A stretch of 64,000 nt of DNA from Chthoniobacterales bacterium (GTDB taxonomy: Bacteria > Verrucomicrobiota > Verrucomicrobiia > Chthoniobacterales > Chthoniobacteraceae): contig JBBQZX010000010.1 of NCBI GenBank assembly GCA_038207335.1, positions 64,001 to 128,000 of the forward strand, read 5' to 3'. The position numbers and the translations under genes were made by a program. The notes beneath the pieces are model-generated. The model searched no databases and had not been told where the DNA came from. It was given only the letters and a program-made list of their open reading frames with translations. The first letter of the stretch is position 1, and each line of letters begins with the position of its first letter. Of the stretch, positions 50,310-59,355 are shown piece by piece.

Positions 50310-52520
50310 ATGAAACTCTCCACATTCGCTCCGACCATCGACGACGGCAGCCTGCACGCGATTCTGCGGGCCGATCACGGCGATCCGTTCGGCGTGCTGG
50401 GGATGCATGAGGCCGGCGGCAAATTGGTCGTTCGCGTTTTCCGGCCCGATGCCTCCGAGGTCGCGATCGAGCGAGTCAGCGACGGCACGCTTTTTCCCGC
50501 GATTCGCGTGAATCCCGATGGCTTTTTCGAGGCTGGACTCACTGGCGTCGACGAGCGGTTCGATTACGCACTGAAACTTAAGACGCACGACGGCCACGAG
50601 TGGAGTGAGCGCGATCCGTATTCGTTCGGCGTGCTGCTCGGGCAACTCGACTTGCATCTTTTCGGAGAGGGAAATCACTTCGAGATTTACAACAAACTCG
50701 GCGCGCATTTGCGAGAGGTCGGCGGTGTGCGCGGCACGACTTTTCACGTCTGGGCTCCGAATGCGCAGCGCGTCAGCGTCGTCGGCGATTTCAACCGTTG
50801 GGATGGCCGCGTGCATCCGATGCGGAAACTGCTCGGCTGCGGCGTCTGGGAGATTTTCCTGCCCGGCGTGGAGGAAGGGACGCACTACAAATTCGAGCTC
50901 AAACAATCGCACGGTGGGATCGCGGTGAAGAGCGACCCGTTCGCCTTTTTCGCGCAGCACGGGACGAAGACGGCGTCGCTGGTTTTCGATCTGCACCGCT
51001 ACTCGTGGAGTGACGCGAAGTGGATGGAGGTGCGGTCCAAAACCGATTGGCTGAAACGGCCCGTGAGCGTTTACGAAGTCCACCTCGGCTCGTGGCAGCG
51101 CAAGATCGAGGAAGACAACCGCTTTCTCAGCTACCGCGAACTCGCCGACACGCTCATTCCTTACGTGCTCGATCTTGGCTACACGCACATCGAGTTGATG
51201 CCCGTCGCGGAGCATCCGTTCGAGGGGTCGTGGGGTTATCAGGTCACCGGTTACTTCGCACCGACGAGCCGCTTTGGAAATCCCGACGAGTTCCGATATT
51301 TCGTGGATCGCTGCCATCAGGTGGGCATCGGCATCATCCTCGATTGGGTGCCCGGGCATTTTCCAAAAGATGCGCACGGCCTCGCGGAATTCGACGGCAC
51401 CGATCTTTATGAACACGCCGATCCGCGGCTCGGCGAGCACATGGACTGGGGCACGCTCATCCCAAATTTCGGCCGCAACGAAGTCCGAAATTTCTTCATC
51501 GCGAACGCGCTTTTCTGGCTCGAGCAATACCACATCGACGGGCTGCGCGTGGATGCCGTCGCGTCGATGCTTTACCTCGACTACTCGCGGAAGGCCGACG
51601 AGTGGCTGCCGAATATCCACGGTGGCCGCGAAAACCTCGAGGCCGTGCATTTTCTCAAACGCTTCAACGAAGTGGCCTACGAGCGCTTCCCCGGCATCAT
51701 GACCATCGCCGAGGAATCGACTTCATGGCCGGGGGTCTCGCGGCCCACGTACCTCGGCGGGCTCGGCTTCGGCTTCAAATGGAACATGGGCTGGATGCAC
51801 GACTTCCTCCAATACATGGAGAAGGATCCGGCCTTCCGAAAATACCATCAGCACGACGTCACGTTCTCGCTCGTGTATGCCTTCCACGAGCACTTCGTCC
51901 TCGTGCTCAGCCACGATGAGGTCGTGCATGGCAAAGGCTCGCTCATCGAGAAAATGCCCGGCGACGTGTGGCAGAAATTTGCGAACCTGCGGATGTTTTA
52001 CGCGTGGATGTATGCGCATCCGGGGAAAAAGCTGCTCTTCATGGGCCAGGAATTTGGCCAGTGGCGCGAGTGGAATCACAACCAGTCGCTCGACTGGCAT
52101 CTCAACGAATGGCCCGAGCACGACGGCCTCCGCCGACTCGTGCAGCACCTGAACTTCGTCTATAAGAATGAGCCCGCGCTCTTCGATCTCGACGACACCT
52201 ACGAGGGCTTCGAGTGGATCGACTTCCACGACAGCGACAACTCTGTGGTCGCATTCAAGCGTAAATCGCGCGCTGGAGATGTGCTCGTTTTCGTCGTGAA
52301 TGCCACACCCGTCATCCGCGAGGCATATCGTGTCGGGGTGAACGGCGAGGGCTTTTACGAGGAGATCATCAACACCGACGCGCAGACGTACGGCGGGGGA
52401 AACGTGGGGAACTGCGGCGGTGTGTGGGCCGAGCCAATCCCATGGCAGGGCAAGTCTCACTCGCTCCTCCTGCGCCTCCCGCCGCTCGCTGTGACGGGTT
52501 TCAAGCGGCGTGCTGGTTGA
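50310..52520 (+). CDS. glgB: 1,4-alpha-glucan branching enzyme
   Basis: [60 protein letters not shown]. Confidence 0.97.
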   Translation: MKLSTFAPTIDDGSLHAILRADHGDPFGVLGMHEAGGKLVVRVFRPDASEVAIERVSDGTLFPAIRVNPDGFFEAGLTGVDERFDYALKLKTHDGHEWSERDPYSFGVLLGQLDLHLFGEGNHFEIYNKLGAHLREVGGVRGTTFHVWAPNAQRVSVVGDFNRWDGRVHPMRKLLGCGVWEIFLPGVEEGTHYKFELKQSHGGIAVKSDPFAFFAQHGTKTASLVFDLHRYSWSDAKWMEVRSKTDWLKRPVSVYEVHLGSWQRKIEEDNRFLSYRELADTLIPYVLDLGYTHIELMPVAEHPFEGSWGYQVTGYFAPTSRFGNPDEFRYFVDRCHQVGIGIILDWVPGHFPKDAHGLAEFDGTDLYEHADPRLGEHMDWGTLIPNFGRNEVRNFFIANALFWLEQYHIDGLRVDAVASMLYLDYSRKADEWLPNIHGGRENLEAVHFLKRFNEVAYERFPGIMTIAEESTSWPGVSRPTYLGGLGFGFKWNMGWMHDFLQYMEKDPAFRKYHQHDVTFSLVYAFHEHFVLVLSHDEVVHGKGSLIEKMPGDVWQKFANLRMFYAWMYAHPGKKLLFMGQEFGQWREWNHNQSLDWHLNEWPEHDGLRRLVQHLNFVYKNEPALFDLDDTYEGFEWIDFHDSDNSVVAFKRKSRAGDVLVFVVNATPVIREAYRVGVNGEGFYEEIINTDAQTYGGGNVGNCGGVWAEPIPWQGKSHSLLLRLPPLAVTGFKRRAG

Positions 52521-52613
52521 GAAAAATTATCGCCCTGCGCGAGGAATATTAGATTGCTCCGCTCGAAGATTTTTGTAAATTCACTGCCCTTCTCAATCCC
52601 CACCAACCTCTCC

Positions 52614-53294
52614 ATGAAAATCTCAAAGTCCCAAGCGTTCACTCTCATCGAACTGCTGGTCGTCATCTCGATCATCGCCATCCTCGCCGGCATCGCGCTC
52701 CCGGTCTTCAGTCAAGTGCAGGTGAAGGGTGCGCAGACCAAGGCGCTCTCGAATGCCAAGCAAATCGGCCTCGCCTGCCGCCTCTACGCGGACGACCACA
52801 ACGGCAATTACCCGACCTATAAACTCGACAACAACGACAAGGAAACGGCGAACAAAGTGTCCGACTCGAACGAGGCGTTTGGAAACCTTATTCCCGATTA
52901 CGTTCAGACCGAGCAGATCTTTTTCGTCCCGAAGTCGGCTTTCACAAAGGTCCCGCCCGATGAGAAGTTCACCAGCGGCCAGAAGCTGACCACCGGTGAA
53001 AATCATTTCGCGCTCGTTCAGGGCCTTGGCACGACCTCGCCTTCCACCTATCCGTTGATCGCCGACGGATTTTCGAGCGAGAGTGGTCACACCTACACGG
53101 ACAACGAGTCGGCAAAAGGCGGCGTTTGGAAAGGTAAGAAAGCGATCATCATTAAGGCGGACAACAGTGGCGTCATTGAGAAGCTCAACAAGCAATTCAA
53201 AGTGCCGGGCAGCCCCAATGGCAATGACCTCTTCGACAACAGCGGCCAGCAGGACTGGATGGGCAGCGACAACACGGTCGTGAATCCGAAGTAG
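52614..53294 (+). CDS. Prepilin-type N-terminal cleavage/methylation domain protein (paralogue of 19190-19858)
   Basis: MKISKSQA-FTLIELLVVISIIAILAGIALP; shares GENH, PLIAD and GG.WKG.KAI motifs with the paralogue. Confidence 0.92.
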   Translation: MKISKSQAFTLIELLVVISIIAILAGIALPVFSQVQVKGAQTKALSNAKQIGLACRLYADDHNGNYPTYKLDNNDKETANKVSDSNEAFGNLIPDYVQTEQIFFVPKSAFTKVPPDEKFTSGQKLTTGENHFALVQGLGTTSPSTYPLIADGFSSESGHTYTDNESAKGGVWKGKKAIIIKADNSGVIEKLNKQFKVPGSPNGNDLFDNSGQQDWMGSDNTVVNPK

Positions 53295-53322
53295 TAACCC
53301 GTCCGAACAACGTTTGTTCGAG

Positions 53323-53361
53323 AAGCGCAAGCCGGTCACCGGCTTGCGCTTTTCTTTTTTT
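53323..53361 (+). terminator. Rho-independent terminator
   Basis: AAGCGCAAGCCGG-TCA-CCGGCTTGCGCTT followed by TTCTTTTTTT. Confidence 0.9.
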
Positions 53362-53412
53362 ACTGGGCGAAACTTCGCAGCGCACCGTTGGCTGCAACCG
53401 AACATCTCAGTG

Positions 53413-53732
53413 CCATCCAAAATTGATTGAGCGGGCAGGCATCAATTCTTCCGCGATGCCTCGTGGAAGCTGGAGTTTTCCCCGGAACTGGCGTTTGGGG
53501 CAAACCTTCGGACGTCGAAGCGAAAAATGATGGTTTGCATACCGTGCAACTCTACAATCTCGCCGCCGAAGCGGAGAAAAGAACAAGGTGGAGGCCGAGC
53601 ATCTCACGAAATCAAGCGCCTCACGGTGCATCTCGATGCGATCGTCGCGAATGGACGCAAGCACTCCGGGCGCCCACAAGAAAACGATGTCGCCGTCAAC
53701 TATCACATCCAGCGCCCACTCCGCAGCCATGA
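53413..53732 (+). pseudogene. C-terminal relic of an arylsulfatase
   Basis: Across shifting frames: SGQASI/RDASWKLEF/PGTGVWGKPSD...VQLYNLAAE/NKVEAEH/EIKRLTVHLDAIVANGR...PQENDVAV, typical of PVC arylsulfatase C-termini. Confidence 0.7.
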
Positions 53733-53897
53733 GCGGTCACTCACTTCTGCCTAGCGCTCGTTTTCACAGTAGTTAGTTGACCAGCGGATAGGGCGGCATT
53801 CTAACGCGGGTGGCTAGGAGCATTCGGATGTTTAGGACCGGCCGCGGGTTCGTATATCGAAATGGCAGAGAGCACGGGAGTCCGGTAAGGTGGAAAA

Positions 53898-54737
53898 ATG
53901 TCCGGTTCCCCTCCGCTCAAAGAAACTTCCATCGACGGGCCGCGCACGCGGTTGTGGAAGCTGCACTCCGCCGACTGCCCGGAGATGAAGGCGCACCGGA
54001 TCGCACGACTTGGCTGGGACGCTGCCTTCGCGCCATATTCGCGGGTTCGCCTGAAGCCGGTAGGCAGCTTTTTTCTCGTCTGCGTCGAAGGAGAAGGCCG
54101 AATTCTCTTCGATGGTCGCTGGCAACGCGTGAGGAAAGGCGACGTGTGCATCGCACCTCCGCGCGTGCTCAACGCCTTTCGTGCCATACCGGGGAAGTGC
54201 TTCACCTTTGCGTGGATCCGCTACGATGAACCGCCGTGGGTGAAGCCGCTCGTCGGTGCGGATTCACCGGTGCGCTGCCGCGAAGGCGGGGAGGAGCTCG
54301 CCAGGGCGATTTTCGGCCTTCGCGTGGAGTGGGAGGGGGCGCGTGCGCCGACCGTGGTGCATCATTGGATGAGCTTGGTGCAAGAATTCGCCGCACGGCT
54401 GGCGCGGCCGTGGGGAGTGAACGACCGCCTCTGGAAGTTGTGGGAAAAAGTTGGAAGTGATCTTGCGGAACCTTGGTCCCTCGTGGAAATGGCGAAGCAG
54501 GCGCATCTCAGCACTGAACACCTCAGACGGCTCTGCGTGCGGACGCTTGGACGCTCCCCTGTGCAGCATGTCACCTACATCCGAATGCAGCGCGCCCAGC
54601 AGCTCCTCGAGGCGACGGACGATAAAATCGAAACCGTCGCGCCAATGGTCGGCTACGAAAATGCGATGGTCTTCTCCCGCGCCTTCAAGCGCTGGGTGGG
54701 GCTGACCCCCACGGAATATCGCAGCCGAAAATTGTAG
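53898..54737 (+). CDS. AraC-family transcriptional regulator
   Basis: N-terminal cupin-like region; LSTEHLRRL...RMQRAQQLL...VGYENAMVFSRAFKRWVGLTPTEYR. Confidence 0.94.
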   Translation: MSGSPPLKETSIDGPRTRLWKLHSADCPEMKAHRIARLGWDAAFAPYSRVRLKPVGSFFLVCVEGEGRILFDGRWQRVRKGDVCIAPPRVLNAFRAIPGKCFTFAWIRYDEPPWVKPLVGADSPVRCREGGEELARAIFGLRVEWEGARAPTVVHHWMSLVQEFAARLARPWGVNDRLWKLWEKVGSDLAEPWSLVEMAKQAHLSTEHLRRLCVRTLGRSPVQHVTYIRMQRAQQLLEATDDKIETVAPMVGYENAMVFSRAFKRWVGLTPTEYRSRKL

Positions 54738-54917
54738 CCGTCCTCTGATTTTCGGATTTTCCGAGAGATGTGGATTTTCGTCGGCAGCTCGTGGATGCCA
54801 GCTATGGCGCACCGGCGTATCCCACCCAATGATGAGATCACTCCGACTCCAGGCGAAGTTTTCGGAGTCTCCTCCCTGCAACAATCGTCCCCTCGTATCC
54901 GACCAATAAATCGATTC

Positions 54918-57900
54918 ATGAAAACTACCCATCCCTCCCGTCTCGTTCGTAAAGCTCCTCGCCACTCCGCCCTCATCATCGCCGGTTCCATCGCGGGCCT
55001 GCTGGGCATCCATTGTGCCTATGCGGATAGCGGCATTTGGACGAACGTTTCGACCGGTGGTCTTTGGAGCGATCCAGCGAATTGGTCAGCCGGCATCGTG
55101 GCAGACGGCTCCGGGTTCACTGCGGACTTTAACACGATCGACATCGTCTCGGACAACACTGTCCACATGGACGGTCCGTACACTCTGACAAGCCTGATCT
55201 TCGGGGACACTGACACCGCTACGGCTGCGAACTGGATCGTTGACAACAATGGCGTCGGCAATGTCCTCACCCTTGCCGGTGCCGGTGCCAGCATTGCAGT
55301 CAACAATCTCGGCATCGGAAAGACGGCGACAATCAGCGCAGTGATTGGCGGCACGACGGCATGGAGCAAAGCCGGCATTGGCACCCTGGTTCTTTCGGGC
55401 GCCAATAGTTTTACTGGTGCGACGACCATCTCCGCCGGCACGCTTCAAATGAGTGGAGCTGGCACGCTCGGCGCGCCGGGCACCACTGTCCTCGTGAATC
55501 CAGGCGCGTTGCTCGATCTGAACGGAACCAATCAGACAATCGGGCTCGGAGCAGGTGCGGGTATCATCGCGAACAACTCTGGCAGCGGGGTTTCCACGCT
55601 CACCGTGACGAGTGTCGCGGGTGGAAATACCGTGATCAATGACAGCACCACGACCGTCGGCGGGAAGATCGCGGTCGTCTTCGGCACAGCAAACCCGAAT
55701 CTGTTTGCTGCCAGCAACTACTCTGGCGGCACGACGGTGCAAGCTGGAGTTTCGGGGAATGGCAACTTTGTTCAACTCTCCGTCGCGACGGCTAAGCTCG
55801 GGGTTGGTCCGATCAATTTGGTTGGGGCGTTCAGCAGCCTTTTGGGAGGTATCGCAGGTTTGACGATTGCCAATGACATATCCGGCTTGGGGAACGTTTC
55901 CAACAATGTCAATGGGGCAGCAACGATCAAGTTGACGGGCACGCTGACAAATACGGGGAGCTATACCTTCCGGAATGCTGCCAACGTTTATGATTTCGCC
56001 TCGACTGGAGAGAATACTCTCAACGCCGTCATTGGCGGTTCCGGCGGCGTCAACAACTTGACGACAGCCGGGAGCGTCATCAAATCCAGCACTGGGAAGC
56101 TCACGCTGACCCAGACCAACCTTTACACCGGAACGACAACGGTTTCGGGGGGAGTGCTGAACATTCAAAACGACGCAGCCTTGGGGACGACCGCAGGAGG
56201 AACGACCGTCTCGAGTGGGGCAGCTTTGCAGCTTCAGGGGGGTATCACGGTCGGTGCGGAAGCTTTGACCGTGGTCGGCGGCGGCGAAGCTGCTAATTCG
56301 AACTCTGGTGCAATTCGTAACATTTCAGGTGATAACACCTACAACGGAGCGATCACCATGACGGGTAACACCCGCGTCACTTCCGATAGCGGGAGATTGA
56401 CATTGAACACGGTAGCAGTGAATGCCGGCAGTGCGATCTTCAATGGCGGTGGCGAGACGGTCATTTCTGGCGTGCTCAGTGGCGTGGGAGGATTGGTCAG
56501 GGACGCCTTCATTCCCGGCAGTGGACAAATTAACAACGGTCGGGGAACGCTCACGCTCACGGGCGCAAACATCTTTACCGGTGCGACCGCGTCGAACGGG
56601 GGAGCGCTCATCATTTCCGGGATTGACGGCACGGTTAAGACGAGCAGCGGAGTGACGATCACTCTTGGTGGGGTCTTGAGATTGGAAAACACCAGTGCTG
56701 CCAATAACCTCGACCGGCTGAAAGATACCGGTGCCGTCGTTATGCAGGGCGGCAGCTTGATTTTTTCAAATGACGCCGGAGTGGCCGACTTTAGCGAACT
56801 GACGGGGGCGCTTAGCATCACCGCGGGAATGAATACCATTTCGGCGAGCCAGGCGGGCGTTGGGCAATCTTCGACGCTCACCTTTGCTTCGCTTGCTCGA
56901 AGCGGTAACTCGCTGGTCAACTTTGTCGGCACCGGGCTCGGTGTGGACGCGCGCAACGCCATCAAGATCACCGGGCAGGCAGCGGGAAATCTGAGCGGGG
57001 CGACTTATAACACTTCGAACTTCGCAGCTTACGATTCGACCGTGGGCGTGACAGTCGCGACTTACACCGATATCGACGCGCGCGGCTCGTTCATCTCCGA
57101 CGGGGCCACGAACGATGTGCGTATCCAATCTGCTGGCGCGGGTGGAAATATCGTGATCGGAAACCCGACTGCGATCAACGCTCTCCTGCAAAATACGGCC
57201 ACCGCGTCCACCGTGGACACGGCAGCCAGCACTTTGTCCACGAGTGCGATCATGATCGCTCCTGGTCAACAGGCGCTGACCATCGGCACCGTGCCGGACA
57301 ATGGCACCCTCACTGCGCTGACGGCGGGAGGCTCCCTGGCATTGATCAACCAGTCCAACAATCCGCTCACGATTAACGCGGCCATTCCGAACAACACTAC
57401 GTCTTCGTCAGTGATCATTTCGGGCAGCGGCGTTACGACGCTCGCGGGATCGAATACCTACAGCGGAGATACTTCGGTGACATCTGGGACGCTTAATGTG
57501 ACCGGCTCAAATACGATCGGTGCCGGGACCGTGAACGTCGGAAATACGGTGGGGAGCGCGGTGCTGAATATTTCCGGCGGAGCAAACGTGACTCTGTCCG
57601 GCAACGGCAGCTCGACTGGCACCTTTCGTGTGGGAACCGTCGCGGGGGGCAACGGCGCTTTGAATATCAGCGGCGGTGCCTTCGCGACTTCCGCTTCAGT
57701 GGACACGGACAACCAGCTCCTCTTTGGAGCGGTCGGTGGCAGCTACGGTAGTATGAATTTCTCCGGCGGCACATCGAGCACCCGGCGCTTGCAGATCGGC
57801 GGTGGAAACGCCACTGGCGGGGTGGGTGTGGGCACGATCTCAGGCACACACATGGCAACCGTGACCGGATTTCTGCTTATCGGCCGCAGCACTGGCGCCT

Positions 57901-59186
57901 CGGGCGTTCTGACCGTCGGGCCAGGGGGGACGCTGAATCATGCCGGCGCTTTGCAGAACATCGGTCTCAGCTATAACGGGGGCCGCGGAGAGCTGAACCT
58001 AACCGGTGGTACGATCGACAGCACGGGAACGAGCCTGACTATTCGACAAGGGAATGCGGCCGGCAACATCGCCACGGGAATCGTCAATCTGAATTCAGGC
58101 ACTTTTACGGTGAATTCCTTCATCAACTCGAGCGGAACGGCCTATCTCAATTTCAACGGTGGCACCCTCAAAGCCAGTTTGGACGGAGCCACGCTTGTCC
58201 CTAACACGATGACGGGTGTCTATCTCAATTCCGGTGGCGCGGTGATCGATACCAACAACGTTTCTGCGTCCGTCACCGCGAATCTTCTTGCTCCCACGGG
58301 CAACGGTGTCAACACCGTGCCGGTGACCGACGGCGGGTCGGGGTATATCGGCGCTCCCTATGTTTCGTTAGGAGGCGACGGGTTCGGCGCGACCGCCATC
58401 GCGAATGTGGTGGATGACGGGACCGGCAAGGGCACTTTCAAGATAGCTAGCATCAGCATCACGAATCCCGGCAACAATTACTCGGCCACACCCACGGTGT
58501 CGCTGCTCGGTGGCGGAGCGACTGCGGGCGCGACGCTTGGCCTTCCGACGACGGCGACAAATAGTAGCGGCGGACTGACCAAAAATGGCGACGGCACGCT
58601 CACGCTTGCCGGAGCGAGCACATACACTGGAGCGACTGCCGTCACAGCCGGGACACTGTTCGTCAGCGGAAGCATCGGCGGCAGCGGCGTTGCGGTAAGT
58701 GGCGGCACGCTGGGCGGCACCGGCACGACAGGAGCCGTCACGGTCGGGGCGGCAGGTACGCTCGCTCCCGGCGCCAGTATCGGCACGCTGAATACTGGAA
58801 CACTCGGCTTCACCGGAGGCACCTTCGCGCTAGAAATCGACTCGACTGCCGTCGCCAGTGATCGCGCCAACGTTACGGGCAATCTCAATCTCTTCGGCGG
58901 TGCGACTCTCACCCTTTCCGACTTCAATCCCTCCGCCACGGCACTCACCCTAGGCCAAGTGTTCACCTTCATCACCTACAGCGGTTCATGGGATGGCGGA
59001 ACCTTCGCGGGCCGCCCCGATGATTCGACCTTTGCGTTCGGCTTGAACAACTACCGCATCAGCTACAACGGGGTGAACAACACCATGAAGGAAGTAACTC
59101 TTCAAGTCATCCCAGAGCCAGGGGCCGCGATCTCGCTTGTTGGCGGCCTTGGACTGCTGCTCGGGCTGCGCCGCCGCCGAGCCTAA
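54918..59186 (+). CDS. Autotransporter-passenger-type beta-strand repeat protein with PEP-CTERM
   Basis: Repeated K.G.GTL.L.G.N.(F/Y)TG.T units; C-terminal VIPEPGAAISLVGGLGLLLGLRRRRA. Confidence 0.93.
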   Translation: MKTTHPSRLVRKAPRHSALIIAGSIAGLLGIHCAYADSGIWTNVSTGGLWSDPANWSAGIVADGSGFTADFNTIDIVSDNTVHMDGPYTLTSLIFGDTDTATAANWIVDNNGVGNVLTLAGAGASIAVNNLGIGKTATISAVIGGTTAWSKAGIGTLVLSGANSFTGATTISAGTLQMSGAGTLGAPGTTVLVNPGALLDLNGTNQTIGLGAGAGIIANNSGSGVSTLTVTSVAGGNTVINDSTTTVGGKIAVVFGTANPNLFAASNYSGGTTVQAGVSGNGNFVQLSVATAKLGVGPINLVGAFSSLLGGIAGLTIANDISGLGNVSNNVNGAATIKLTGTLTNTGSYTFRNAANVYDFASTGENTLNAVIGGSGGVNNLTTAGSVIKSSTGKLTLTQTNLYTGTTTVSGGVLNIQNDAALGTTAGGTTVSSGAALQLQGGITVGAEALTVVGGGEAANSNSGAIRNISGDNTYNGAITMTGNTRVTSDSGRLTLNTVAVNAGSAIFNGGGETVISGVLSGVGGLVRDAFIPGSGQINNGRGTLTLTGANIFTGATASNGGALIISGIDGTVKTSSGVTITLGGVLRLENTSAANNLDRLKDTGAVVMQGGSLIFSNDAGVADFSELTGALSITAGMNTISASQAGVGQSSTLTFASLARSGNSLVNFVGTGLGVDARNAIKITGQAAGNLSGATYNTSNFAAYDSTVGVTVATYTDIDARGSFISDGATNDVRIQSAGAGGNIVIGNPTAINALLQNTATASTVDTAASTLSTSAIMIAPGQQALTIGTVPDNGTLTALTAGGSLALINQSNNPLTINAAIPNNTTSSSVIISGSGVTTLAGSNTYSGDTSVTSGTLNVTGSNTIGAGTVNVGNTVGSAVLNISGGANVTLSGNGSSTGTFRVGTVAGGNGALNISGGAFATSASVDTDNQLLFGAVGGSYGSMNFSGGTSSTRRLQIGGGNATGGVGVGTISGTHMATVTGFLLIGRSTGASGVLTVGPGGTLNHAGALQNIGLSYNGGRGELNLTGGTIDSTGTSLTIRQGNAAGNIATGIVNLNSGTFTVNSFINSSGTAYLNFNGGTLKASLDGATLVPNTMTGVYLNSGGAVIDTNNVSASVTANLLAPTGNGVNTVPVTDGGSGYIGAPYVSLGGDGFGATAIANVVDDGTGKGTFKIASISITNPGNNYSATPTVSLLGGGATAGATLGLPTTATNSSGGLTKNGDGTLTLAGASTYTGATAVTAGTLFVSGSIGGSGVAVSGGTLGGTGTTGAVTVGAAGTLAPGASIGTLNTGTLGFTGGTFALEIDSTAVASDRANVTGNLNLFGGATLTLSDFNPSATALTLGQVFTFITYSGSWDGGTFAGRPDDSTFAFGLNNYRISYNGVNNTMKEVTLQVIPEPGAAISLVGGLGLLLGLRRRRA

Positions 59187-59355
59187 GTCCTATGCTGTCT
59201 GTTCTTCCTGCTTGAACTGTGGCCCGGCTTTGCCGCGCTGGCAGGCAAGTGCTCGGGAGATCGGCGTGTCATCCTTTATACTCACACTTTTACCACCGGC
59301 GACCCACCTCCGGAGAGGCCGACATTGGTCAGCCGCTGGCCGATACCCTCTCCCC

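Noticed and set aside
53304..53320. Hairpin CGAACAA-CGT-TTGTTCG as a separate ncRNA
   Set aside because: Short and adjacent to the terminator; at most a 3' UTR structure.
54918..59186. Type V autotransporter
   Set aside because: Passenger-type repeats are present, but the protein ends in PEP-CTERM with no beta-barrel.
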